DNA of 64,000 bases. It comes from Callorhinchus milii. Its lineage: Eukaryota. Below are positions 12,197 to 22,995 of this stretch, in pieces. A program made the translations under genes and the position numbers. The DNA lies in the NCBI RefSeq assembly GCF_018977255.1, contig NW_024704743.1, positions 83,516,001 through 83,580,000 of the forward strand, in the 5' to 3' direction. The first letter of the stretch is position 1; every line of letters begins with the position of its first letter. A model generated the notes under the pieces. It was given only the letters and a program-made list of their open reading frames with translations. It made no database searches and had not been told where the DNA came from.

Positions 12197-12599
12197 AATA
12201 AGGAAACCAGAAATATTTAATTCCAGCTTGTAGGAACTCCCCTCTGATATGATGCCAATAGAAATCGTCATCTGTTTTGTGATCAATTTGTCTGAAGTGA
12301 AACTTTAGCTTTAACTCAGCTTTAACTTGCCCCTGGGGATGTCCCTATTCAGAGTGAGATGTAAGATTGTGGTGGCATACAGGCATCTTGCTGATGCCTG
12401 AAAAGAACATCATGTCACTGCCTATCGGTCACTGTGCCTATTACAGAAGAAAACAGAGCTCTGATATTCCTAAATATATTCCGAGTCTGAAGGTTTCTGC
12501 AGATCTTTATTGCTATTTGTGAACGCAGAGAAAGACATCTCTGGGCTTATTCCTGGCTACTGTCCGAATCCAGATTGTGTTAAGCAACAGTAGGTTAGT

Positions 12600-12774
12600 A
12601 CCTGACAAATTGTTGAATTCATTCTTATCTTGGTTTTCTGTATTTTCTTAAAACAAGTTGCAGAAAACCTGCTTCAAATTTGAAGCTGTAATTGAAGATT
12701 TGCAAAATTCTGGATGCTCGAAAATGCTTCATAAATCGAAGTAAGTCTGGACCCAGATGGAATTCCTTCCCCCA
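12600..12774. mobile_element. Partial copy of the palindromic MITE-like family
   Basis: Ends in TAAATCGAAGTAAGTCTGGACCCAGATGGAATTCCTTCCCC, homologous to the arms of 8718..8929. Confidence 0.65.
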
Positions 12775-13479
12775 AATATATGCAAGAATACTATGATTTT
12801 GACTCCTATTTAATTCCATTGATGGTACTTGGTGAGTTGTCAAATCAATAGAAATGCAAAGTGGATGGAATGATTTGCTGGCACTCTGTAGTGGTGGCAC
12901 AGGGTGCTGCATTGTGGCACGATGCGTATTCATTCCATGGTTCTCTACACGGTGAGCTGCTGGTCTCTCAATGAGCTGTATGGGACCTTGCGCAGTAGTC
13001 AAGAAAAGACAGGACGACGGGAAATGTACAATAATCTGCAAAATAAATGCATTCGAATTTGAAACGACTCTGATTCAATTCAGAGTCAAATTCAACTTTA
13101 AATCATTCTGATGTGCTCACATTGATTTTTTTCTACCTTATTATTAAAGTTCCATCAGTGAAACAGTCGATGAATACAAATTCAAGGTGCGAACTCACGT
13201 GACATCAGTTTGACCACATGGAATAAAAATTATATTACTCACTTCACAACTATGAAAATGCCCTACATTTCATGATGATTAATTGTGGTCAGACTCTTTT
13301 TTTAATGTGTGGTAGGATTGAAGAGTTATAATTTTAATACAATACTGAACAGTTGTTGAATTCCTAATTACGTTATTCACTTTTAACGGATGACTGAAAA
13401 TTGGTGTGCAGTCATTTCCCTGGGATTTATTTTTCACAGATATTTGTAATCTACAAAATCAATAACATATTCAATCATC

Positions 13480-13725
13480 GGTCTCTGCCAAGACAATTGA
13501 TCTCAGACAAAGCAGTGAAAGGAATGCTGCAATTGGGCTCAGTCCCTTGAGGCTGGGGTGGGGGAGGGGAAGGAAAAAGGGTTGCTGCTTCTGATAGCTA
13601 TCTACACATTTCTAATGAAAAGTGTGCATTTGTGTGCATTGTGTGAAACAAGATTGGACTTGGTTGTGTTACCCCACATGTAAAGAACAACCACTTAGGT
13701 AACATTCTGGAGTCAGGAACCCAAC
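13480..13725 (+). mobile_element. Ancient SINE-like repeat, second family (unassigned)
   Basis: Shares ordered blocks with 26535, 32825 and 44330: TGATCTCAG...TGCTGCAATTGGGCTCAG...AGGGTT...CACATGTAAAGAA. Confidence 0.55.
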
Positions 13726-13796
13726 TTGAGGTAGAAAAGAAAACTGTGGCAGGGAATGATCTGTGAAACAATACCTTTGCAGTACTTCACTGAAGT

Positions 13797-14159
13797 AATA
13801 ATAATAATCCTTGCATTTGATATAGCGCCTTATCAGGCTTTCGAGACGTCTCGAAGCGCTTCACAGAATATACTGTAAAGTGAATCGATTGTATTTTGGG
13901 GACAAATCGCAGCAGACAATTGCACACAGCAGTGTCCCACAAGCAGTCGTGGATTGGTGACCAATTTATTATTTTTTTGAAGAAATTATTACCCTGGAAA
14001 AGCAATCCACCAATCGACTAACAACCAGGTACCCACTTAGTGTTAGGTAAACAGAGGCGTGGAGTAAGGAAACTTGACTAACGTTTCGCCCTGCCGGGAA
14101 TCAAACCCAGATCTCTCGTTTGTGAGGCGAGTGCTCTAACCACTGAGCTACAGGGTTCC
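13797..14159 (-). mobile_element. Young tRNA-derived SINE, long subtype, full length
   Basis: Minus strand: CCCTGTAGCTCAGTGGTTAGAGCACTCGCCTCACAAACGAGAGATCTGGGTTTGATTCCCGGCAGGGCGA, CORE-like linker, Deu 3' block and (ATT)n. Confidence 0.92.
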
Positions 14160-14694
14160 AAAGTATTTGAATATGAATCTGTCATTCAGTGAAATTGAAC
14201 AGCTTGATTTCAGCATAGTTTGGAGCTGCATATACATAAGAGACATGAAGAAGTCATTTCAGTTATCGATAGTATGTGTGTATTGGGGGTGTGTGTGGGG
14301 AGGTATTTCCCCTTTTCATGTATGTGAATGATACAATGTTCCCTCTTTGACTTTACACTGTTTTACTTTAAGAGAAGTAATAGAGGTTGTGATCGGTCTT
14401 ACTGTCAAAAAACAAACACAAGGACAATGATCAAGTTGGGGAAGTGTAGTTGGAGATGAAGAATCGTCGTGAATTGCCCAATGAGTGGAGTGATTTGTAT
14501 CAACGGAAAACTAGTCTTGCTCCTACCTAATACTGCTTTTCAAATTTAATTCTTCTTTATAATATTTATGTTATCTCTTAGTTTTCTCCTTGGTGGAAGA
14601 AGTTGCTGTAATGGAAAATAACAAGCTTATGATTCTTTTCAATCACAGCTGAGAAGTGGGATATGAAATTACAGTAACTGTATTCACAATGTAG

Positions 14695-15085
14695 AAAATG
14701 AATGTTGTGCTATCAAAGAGGAAGGTCTTCAGATGCGATCTGAGGATGGGCAAGAAGGGGGCAAGGCAGAGGGTCTGAGGCAGAGAGTTCCAGAGTTTTG
14801 GAGTATAGTGGCTGAACGCACAGCTACCGTTGCTGAAGTGGAGGGGACGAGGGACGTGCAGAAGAGTGGAGCCAGCTAAATGAAGGGGACGGGTAGTGGA
14901 ATGGGGTGTAAGTAGATTGGAGAGGTAGGGAGGCATTTGGGAGTGAATTGATTGTAAGAAAGTGTGAAAATCTTGAAATTGATATGTTCTGCAATTGGGA
15001 GCCAGTGGAGCCTGGCAAAGACATGGGTGATGAGGTGTAGAGTTTGTTGTAGGTGAGAATATGGACAGCAGAGATATTCACTTAT
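14695..15085 (-). mobile_element. Old L2 LINE ORF2 3' fragment
   Basis: ORF-track pieces ARLHWLPIAEHINFKIFTL and PPYLSNLLTP...PKLWNSLPQTL...LKTFLF match the L2 ORF2 C-terminus. Confidence 0.85.
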
Positions 15086-15093
15086 GTAAGTGC

Positions 15094-15538
15094 CAGTCTG
15101 GCTCATTTAGTATCACTCTCGCCTCTGAGTTAGAAGATTGTGGGTTAAAGCCCCACATTGCAACTTGGAGTGTCAGTTTAAGCTGATATTCCAATACTGT
15201 GCTGGGACGTGCAGCATGTTTGGAGGTGTGATTCGTTGGAAGAGATGTTAAAGTGAAGTACTATCTGCCTGTTCAGATGGATATTAAAGATTCCTTGGAA
15301 CTATTCAAATAGAAAAGGGAGTTTCTCTCAGTGTCCTAGCAAACATTTCCCCAAATAAGATTGGTCATTTATTTCATGTCTGTTTGTGGGACATTGCTGC
15401 GTGCAAATTGGCTGCTGCATTTTGTCCACAAAACACACAGGTCACTGCACATTCCAGCATATTCTGTGAAATGTTTTGGGATTTCCTCCTGACCTGAAAG
15501 ATACTGAAGATGAAATTCAATGATTATTATTATTATTT
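15094..15538 (+). mobile_element. Deu-domain SINE, near full length
   Basis: tRNA-like head CTGGCTCA...CACTCTCGCCTCTGAG...GGGTTAAAGCCCC, Deu core (GATGTTAAA...CTGCCTGTTCAGATGGATATTAAAGATTCC...GGGAGTTTCTC...GTGTCCT) and ATT tail; resembles the SacSINE1/AmnSINE1 Deu domain from memory. Confidence 0.85.
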
Positions 15539-17537
15539 AGATATACAATCCCCCCTTTTTAAAAAAATACTCCTTTTTTTTAATGTGCAGTTACTGTACA
15601 ATTTCTATAAAAGGCTAGATTCCACACCCTTCAACAGATCATAAGATGCGCAGATGACATGAACAAGGATGATTTGAATGAGAACTTTACTACCTATAGT
15701 TCCAGCCGATTGTAGGCTCTTTATAAAGCAACTTGTAATAATATTTGCCTGTTGCTTTTTTCCCCAATGGTGGCAAGAGAAACGGTACTAAACTCCTTGA
15801 TATAAAGGGTATCGGTTTGACAACCCCAGAGAAGTTTGGCAGCTCCCTGAGGTCTATCCCAAATCCTTGCTATCGAGCTTAGTCCTTTCCCTATCATTCT
15901 ATGAATCAATTAATGAATTACTTAGTATTGTTAAATCTACAACCATGGGGGAAGCTGCAGGCACAATCTCCATCAATTGAAACACTGTGAATACAAGAAT
16001 TTCTATGTGGTCTAGGTGATGATTTTGATGACCCGCTTTCCTGTTGGCTTCAGGGCATACTGAGCGTAGAAGTGAACAAGTCATTGCTGTGTAAGCAATT
16101 TACTCACTTTATTTTTGATCCTTTGCAGAGCATATTAAATCAGAATCTTTTAGTATTTGTAAATTGAATAGCGCAAACATTTTAATGACATTGCGGAGCT
16201 TTGTGCCTGACTGTATGAGTAAGAGAGCCTGAATATTCAAACTGCATCTGTAATAGAATTAGTATAATAAGGGAACAAGCAGTAGTTCAAGCGAACAAAT
16301 GAGCATTTTATATGCTTAGACCGCAATAGTCAGAGCAAGATTTTGACCCAGTGTTTAACATAATTCCAGTTTTATACATTCCAGAATTAATGGAGATTTA
16401 ACACAATGTAAAATACTGCAAATTATATTCCATTTTTTGCCTCCCTCTGTAAAGAACAGGAGCTTTGTCTCAATGTTAAGTCTGAAAACAATTTTTTTTG
16501 GTAAAATACAGCTGTCAGAAACAGTAGTTGCTAAATTCTACATCATTTGCATAGCGTGCGGCTTAATAAATTCAACAATTTAGCAATTCTCTTCCAGCAA
16601 AAACGGAATATAATCCTTTAATATTTTCATGAGCGTAATGCACTGACAGCCAGAATGTATTCCTGTGATTATATTATTTTGAAGTTATGCAAACATCCAC
16701 ATGCAAAATGTAAGAGGTATCAATATTTTTAGGGGAATAAAAATATACACACAAGACATAACCCAGAAGTAAAAATTTAATACTTTTTAAAGGGTGAATA
16801 GAATGTACATGGATGGAATAGTTCATCAACTTAAAACATCATAAGCACTTACAGCATATCTATACTTTGCCATTGTGTACTCTGGCTTCAGTTGTTCAAT
16901 CTACGAAGTTGCATCGAGCATTGCTGCTTGGTTATCCTGGTTTAATAGCAACACAGATGGATGACACTGGAGTAGATCTGCAGATATACAGTATCACTTA
17001 ACCTTGCTGCTTGCAGGCTGCTGGGTGAACATATCTATGCTTGATTTTTTTAAAAGTGTAATTAAATTTGAAGCATAAGCAAAAGAGACTGAGCGCTATG
17101 GGGCTGTTGGAATGGCGAGTGCTGGCAAGTGCAGTTGCCAAAATGGCAGATGACTATTGAAAGAGTGAGAGGGGGAGGAGGTGGGATTCGATCCACACTA
17201 TTTCAATTGGCACCATCTTAAACGAAACCTCTCAGGCAGTTCAACTTAAAACTAGCATATGGTTTGCATACATACTTCAGTCATATGGCCAATCATATAT
17301 CCATATATGGACCATTCCCACATATGGCATAGAAGGATTCAATAGATTTTTTCCTTACGTATCTTCTGATCCTTATTTTCTGCATTCTAAATAAAAAAAA
17401 TACACCATGTATAAGTAATGGCTTATTATATATTTTAGAAAGATGAAATCAGAATTTTAGATTCCCAGAGGGGTAGGATTTATAGATTTGAACCAGACTG
17501 AGAGAGTGTGTGTTCCCTGGCATTTATAGATACAGGA

Positions 17538-17768
17538 CTAAAATTTCATGATGTCTTAGCTTCTGAGACCATTTTTGTTTTAAAATTGAAAATTGTGCAT
17601 AATTGTGGAAAATTGTTCAACGCAGTCTCAGTTTGGAAAACAGTCTCGTTCAATAACTGCAGAAAACCAGCTCCCAAATTAAAATTGAATTTAAGGATTT
17701 TTCAAATTCTGCAGTCTTCATTTTGTATGTCAAAATGTCTTAAAGGCTAAAACTAGATGAAATTTCAG
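17538..17768. mobile_element. Palindromic MITE-like element
   Basis: Termini CTAAAATTTCAT / ATGAAATTTCAG (11/12 inverted match) with further nested inverted blocks and the family core TTTGGAA...CCAAATT. Confidence 0.65.
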
Positions 17769-17779
17769 ATCTAAAGAGC

Positions 17780-18085
17780 TTGTCTAATCGTTGCTCATAG
17801 CTCATTCCTCTAACACTGGGAATCATCCTCTTTGTTCTCCTCTACACTGTCTCTAGGTCCTTAGCAGCCCCCTTATGTCACAGTGACTACAGTATTGAAG
17901 GTGCAGTTTGACCAGGGCACTGGAAAGCCTGAGAATGACGTTTGGGGATCGAAACTCAACTGATTTAACAATATAGCTCAGCATTCTGTTTGTCTGGTTA
18001 ATTGCTGCATTACATTATTTTGACATAGTGAGCGACAAGTCAATTAACATCCCTAACATCTTGTTCAGCTTGCCCCTCAGCAAGT
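17780..18085 (-). mobile_element. CR1 LINE ORF2 fragment (RT C-terminal region)
   Basis: Minus strand reads RLSSALVKLHLQYCSH-like (CR1 LYxxLVRPHLEYC motif) and is homologous to 41019..41170. Confidence 0.7.
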
Positions 18086-18221
18086 GAACAGCGGTTTCAG
18101 TAAACTCCCCACCAACCTCCAGCTCCCACTCCCAGGCTTGCATGCCCAGCCAACAGTTTGAAGTGTTTTGAGACATCCTCTTGACATGAAAAGCACTATA
18201 ATAGTGGAGTGGAGTCTATGT

Positions 18222-18550
18222 AGAGTTCTGTAGCTCAGTGGTTAGAGCACTCGTTTTGCAAGCGAGAGACCTGAGTTCAATTCCAGGCAGGGCGAAACCT
18301 TGGGCAAGTTTCCTTACTCCACACAGAGCCTAATTATAATCCCTCCAAAACCAAAACCAATAATAAATTGGTGATTTTCAATCTACGACTGTTTGTGGGA
18401 GATTGCTGTGCGCAATTGACTGCCACGTTCGCCCACAAATATACAATCAATTCACTTTACAGTGTGTTTTTGTGCAGTGCTTTGGGACGTCCTCCCGACT
18501 TGAAAAGCGCTATATCAAATGCAAGGATTATTATTATTATTATTATTATT
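18222..18550 (+). mobile_element. Young tRNA-derived SINE, short subtype, full length
   Basis: Same head, body and tail as 11875..12196; (ATT)n tail. Confidence 0.92.
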
Positions 18551-18844
18551 AAAACTGTAAATTGTATTGTTCTGCAATGTTTGTAAGATTCAATGATTCA
18601 AGGTACCATGTTATCTAATAGTCCTCTGAGATTCTACCCTATGTAAAAGGCATTATATAAATGCACGTTGTTGAAACAGCACATAGTGTATCATGCAGAG
18701 GGTTCAGAGAAGAAGCTCCTCATTCATTTTAATCATGAGCAGTTAGTACTAAATTTAATAATAATAAGTCTTGCATTTGATATAACATCTTATCACATCA
18801 TTGAGACATCTCAAAGTGCTTCACAAAATATGTTGTAAATTAGT

Positions 18845-18941
18845 AAAACCAGAAGTCTCTGGGAACATGCAGCAGGTCAGGCAACATCTATGGAGAGCGG
18901 AAAATAAGTTAACGTTTCAGGTCTATGACTTTTCATCAAAA
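18845..18941 (-). mobile_element. Penelope-like element terminal fragment inserted in a SINE tail
   Basis: Homologous to 63001..63105 (CAGAAGTC...CAGCAG.TCAGGCA.CATCTATGGAGA...GTYAACGTTT); carries a hammerhead-like core on the minus strand. The PLE assignment rests on the known association of minimal type-I hammerheads with PLE termini. Confidence 0.6.
18907..18941 (-). ncRNA. Degenerate minimal type-I hammerhead ribozyme motif
   Basis: Minus strand TTT-TGATGA-A-AAGTC-ATA-GACCT-GAAACGT-T-AACT; the first C of CUGANGA is changed to T and the 5' strand of stem I is damaged. Confidence 0.5.
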
Positions 18942-19423
18942 TATTGTAAAGTAAATTGACTGTGTATTTTGTGAGTGAATACAAATCTATTGAAGACCAT
19001 TCACTGAAGCCCCAAAGGGAATCCACATTATTGAAAAAGACCTATGATCCATGATCAGGCAGCATATATAAATGTGGCCTACAGTGCTGTGCTTAATACA
19101 AGAGACATCACTCTGGACTGTTGACGCCTTGATTTCTTTAAGGAGTACAATTATGCTGAGTACACTTTTGCTTTGTATTCTAAGTATATATGAAGATGCC
19201 TTTCTCCTCAAGCACCCCTGAAAGCGTATGGAATCATGACTCAAGACATAGAAGACTGGTTTGCCCGGGACGATAAGCATCAAGCAAAAGCAATAACTTT
19301 TTCCCCAATGCATCTCTCCAAGTGTGGACTTGCCGGATTCTCCACCAAACATGTGCTTCAGACACAGCTTGGTTAAGAAGGCAGTAATCTTTGTGCAGTT
19401 CTCTTTCCCCCCTCCACCCCCAC

Positions 19424-19459
19424 CACACACACCCACACACACATATACACACACACACA
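19424..19459. repeat. Imperfect (CA)n microsatellite
   Basis: CACACACACCCACACACACATATACACACACACACA. Confidence 0.9.
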
Positions 19460-19881
19460 TTTTCCTTGTTCTTCACCTCACATTCTCACAGTAGAGCAAT
19501 ATTACAGCATTGCTAACAATGGACTACAGAGCATCTGCAGTTACGATAACATCATATTTTGGCAGTAGTTACATTTGCTATAAACACACTGCTTTTTCCA
19601 TGTTGCCCTTGTGTACTTTGCCCAAATGGTCGCTCTTCATGTGTGAGCTCAGTGGCAGCAGTGACATTATAGCCCAAAACAATTCTGCCCTCCTCATGAA
19701 CACAAAACCCATTCTTCCTAGCAGTGGCCGTTGGACTGCAACCAGGCTCAGAAGCTCTGTCTGCTGCTTCTTCCTCTCCTTAGCACAGAAATGTGGAAAT
19801 CAGGGTTCCTAGTCAGTGTGGCTCATTTTCTATTTGGCTTGGCTAATACATGCCCTGATGAAGGATTGATACATTGATACT

Positions 19882-20017
19882 TAAATAAATAAATAAATAA
19901 ATAAACAAACAAACAAATAAAAAATAAACAAATAAACAAATAGATAAATAGATAAATAAACAAACAAACAAACAAATAAATAAATGAATGAATGAATGAA
20001 TGAATGAATGAATGAAT
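19882..20017. repeat. Compound tetranucleotide microsatellite (TAAA/CAAA/TAGA/TGAA) at a SINE tail
   Basis: Directly abuts ATTCCTTACATTTGA, the reverse-complement SINE 3' end at about 20018..20140. Confidence 0.95.
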
Positions 20018-20274
20018 ATTCCTTACATTTGACGTATTGCCTTTCATAACAAGAGGACATCTCAAAGAGCTTCACTTAATTTTGCTATGAAGTGTAGTGA
20101 CTGTGTATTTTGCAGGTGAAAGCAGGCAGCCGATTTGCCCACAATGATGAAAACAAAAACAGAAGTCACTGGGAGCACTCAGCAGGTGAGACAGTGTGTG
20201 TTCCCTAGCAGTTAGAGATCACAGGACTAACATCTCATACAATGCAAAACCCAGTATTTTGCTTTTTGACGAAC

Positions 20275-20562
20275 ACCCATGGTGTGAATAACCAATTTTT
20301 ATCTGGGGGATTGTGGACCAGGATATCGGGAGAAATTGCCTTCCTTTTTCAAGTAATACCATGGTATAGTCCACCTCACGTGAACAGGCATTCAGGGCCC
20401 TGGTTATCATCTCATCTGAAGAACAGCACCTCTAACAATGCAGCTATCTCTAGGACAGCACTGGTGTGTCAGATTAGACTGTGGGTTCAAAGTCCTGAGA
20501 CGTGGGGCTTGAACTTACAACCTTCTGACTCAGAGGCAAGATTACTACCAACTGAGCCAGGT
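20275..20562 (-). mobile_element. Deu-domain SINE, 5' two-thirds
   Basis: Reverse-complement head AACCTTCTGACTCAGAGGCAAG...TACCAACTGAGCCAGG plus Deu core. Confidence 0.8.
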
Positions 20563-21758
20563 AGACCCCTATATAGACAGGCAGGGGCCAAAAAATTCAT
20601 CATCAAGTTCTCTCCCGAAATAACCTCTACTCCACCTTCCTCTCAACTTAGACTCTTTAAGGTGCTGGTCACTTGGACCCTACTAGAGTAGGTAAAAAAT
20701 AAAGGAATCCAAAAAAAAAAGAGTGGTTAATTCAGGGAAGAAACGATTTACCTGGAAAATTCCTCTCCACCCCCGAGGGCAGTTAAACAAGTTCTAGGAG
20801 AGGTTCTCGATGTGCTATCATTCCCCATCCCACTTTAGGATAAACTACTCGTCAATCCATGCAGGCTGGAGCACATGGTAAATGGTATATCAAACCAGAA
20901 ATTACTGCTTTGAATTAGTAGTTGCAGATGTTTGGAGAACGTGAGGCCCTACTGCCTTGAGGTTTTACCTTTTAATCCAAATAAATTCATCAAATCTATT
21001 CCAGATATGAAGCAATGCAAATGCTTCAATGCTTTTGACAGTGCAGTAAAAAAGTTACAACAGATAAGTAAGCAAAGTGAATTCGAGAAAGCATCTTTGT
21101 TCTGGAGACCGAACGTTAATCAAACTGCTCAGCCAATAACAAAACTATATCCGTAAAGGTTGCAGGAAAACTAAACACAGGGCTGTCAGTGGGAGTGCAA
21201 CCATTCTTGCATTGCATGAAAGCTAGGAATCAGGAGCAGGGGAATAATTCAGGAAATTACTTGTATTATATAATGCGGTGATAGACACAGAATAGGAATG
21301 CTGCTTTTCCTCAGCTGGAAATGTTAATGTCTCCTGGATCTTGTTATTAACTGTTCTTGCTCAATTTCACAAAACTCTACTTATAAAAGAGCATAGAAGA
21401 GATTTTTCCCTCAATTTGACAAGAGCAAAACAACAGCAACAACTACTTGCATTTATAAAGCAGCCTTCACGAAGTGTAGCATCGCAGAGCACATTATAAT
21501 GATGAGGTCAGAGGCCAAGCAAGAGAAAGGGAGAGGAGGAGGAGGAAGGAGGAGGTGACTATATGTGTGTTCAAAGAGTTAAGTTTAAGGTGGGATTTGA
21601 AGACAGATAGAGTGGGGGCTGCTTTCAGTCATCTTTACCTGATTTCTACCCTCTTTAATAACCCCCTCCCACCACAGTTCAGGTGCCACGTTGGCTGTGT
21701 AAAGCACTTTGAAATGACCTCTCAACATGAAAAGTGCTTTCTAAATATAATTTGTTTT

Positions 21759-22160
21759 AGAACCATAGAAATTTACAGTACAGAAGAAGGCCATTTGGCC
21801 TATCATGTCTGTGCTGGCTTTTTCAGCATGCAGTCTTTTCAGTCCCATTTACTTGCCCTTTCCCCCATATGCTCATATTCAGTACGTTTTGGATATCTAT
21901 GTAACTCCATTTTTGAAAGCTAATATGGATTCTGCCTCAAATACTGCTCCCGTTGGGTTATTCCATATCCTAACTGCTTGGTGCATGAAATAAATTCTCC
22001 TAATATTCCCATTTATCTTAAATTGATGCCCTTTAATCACTGACTCACTGACCAATTAAACTAAGTTCTCTCCTGACTCTATCAAATCCCTCTTAATTTT
22101 AAAGACCTCTATCAGGTCACCCCACAACCTCCTTTGTTCCAACAGAAAAAGTCTTTAATC
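21759..22160 (-). mobile_element. CR1 LINE 3' end
   Basis: TAGAACCATAGAA terminal repeat unit, then GAAGAAGGCCATTTGGCC...GTCTGTGCTGGC and TTCCATATCCTAACT; closely parallels 50450..50712. Confidence 0.8.
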
Positions 22161-22614
22161 AACTATGCAATTGTATGAATGTATTGTAAAGATCACAGAG
22201 ATAGGGAGGTGTTATCTCATACCCAATCTCCACCTAGCTCCCGCACCATTCACAGCATAGGGCAGGAGACCTCTGGAATGTGAGATGCCATCTTATAGGA
22301 TGAGTTTAAGCACTTCAAAAATTTCTAGAATGTGGCTAGTTACATGTTAAGCAGAGTGACAAGTAAAGGGGAGTCCCTTATTAACATTTTGCATGGGAAG
22401 TGGCCAGGATATTGACAGCATGGTAGCTTAAGTGGTAGTGACAAGTTAAGCCAAGGTCGAGTTACCATGAGTTTACTGTACTATAGGATCAACCCAAAAC
22501 AGTCATGATGTTTATGCCTAATAATAATAGGCAATTCTCCTTGGTCTACTAAAATAATTATGAAGAGATTGCATGTAGTCAGAATATTATGTACTGCAAT
22601 ACATATTTAGATGT

Positions 22615-22995
22615 TCACCTGGCTCCCTTGATAGCACTCTTGCCTTTGAGTCAGAAGATTATAGGTTCAAACCCCACATCAGGACTTTGAATTCGCAGTC
22701 TAGACTGACACTCCAATACAGTATTGCGAGAGTGCTGTACTGTCAAATATCCTGTCCTTCAGATGAGATGGTTCACTGAGTTCCCGTTTACCTGTTTAGG
22801 TAGTTGCAAAAAATCCCATGGCATTATTTAAAAAGAGAAGGGAATTTCTCCTGCTCCTGGCCAACAGATAAAATAAATTGATCATTTACTTCATAGTTGT
22901 TTGTGGGAAATTGCTTTGCACAAATTGGCTGCCTGGATTTGTCTACAAAATACACAATACATCCTTTGAGACATCTTCCCAATATGAAAGGCACA
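22615..22995 (+). mobile_element. Deu-domain SINE, near full length
   Basis: CCTGGCTC...TAGCACTCTTGCCTTTGAGTCAGAAG...GGTTCAAACCCCAC head; AATCCCATGGCATTATTT core. Confidence 0.82.

Noticed and set aside
18987..19460. 157-aa minus-strand ORF in mostly unique sequence
   Set aside because: It starts in a GT microsatellite, has no recognisable domain or good splice sites, and its length is compatible with chance in 64 kb.
19855..19880. CTGATGA motifs here, near 30622 and near 43268 (-), and CAGATGAAGG near 31352, as further hammerheads
   Set aside because: No stem II followed by GAAA at a suitable distance.
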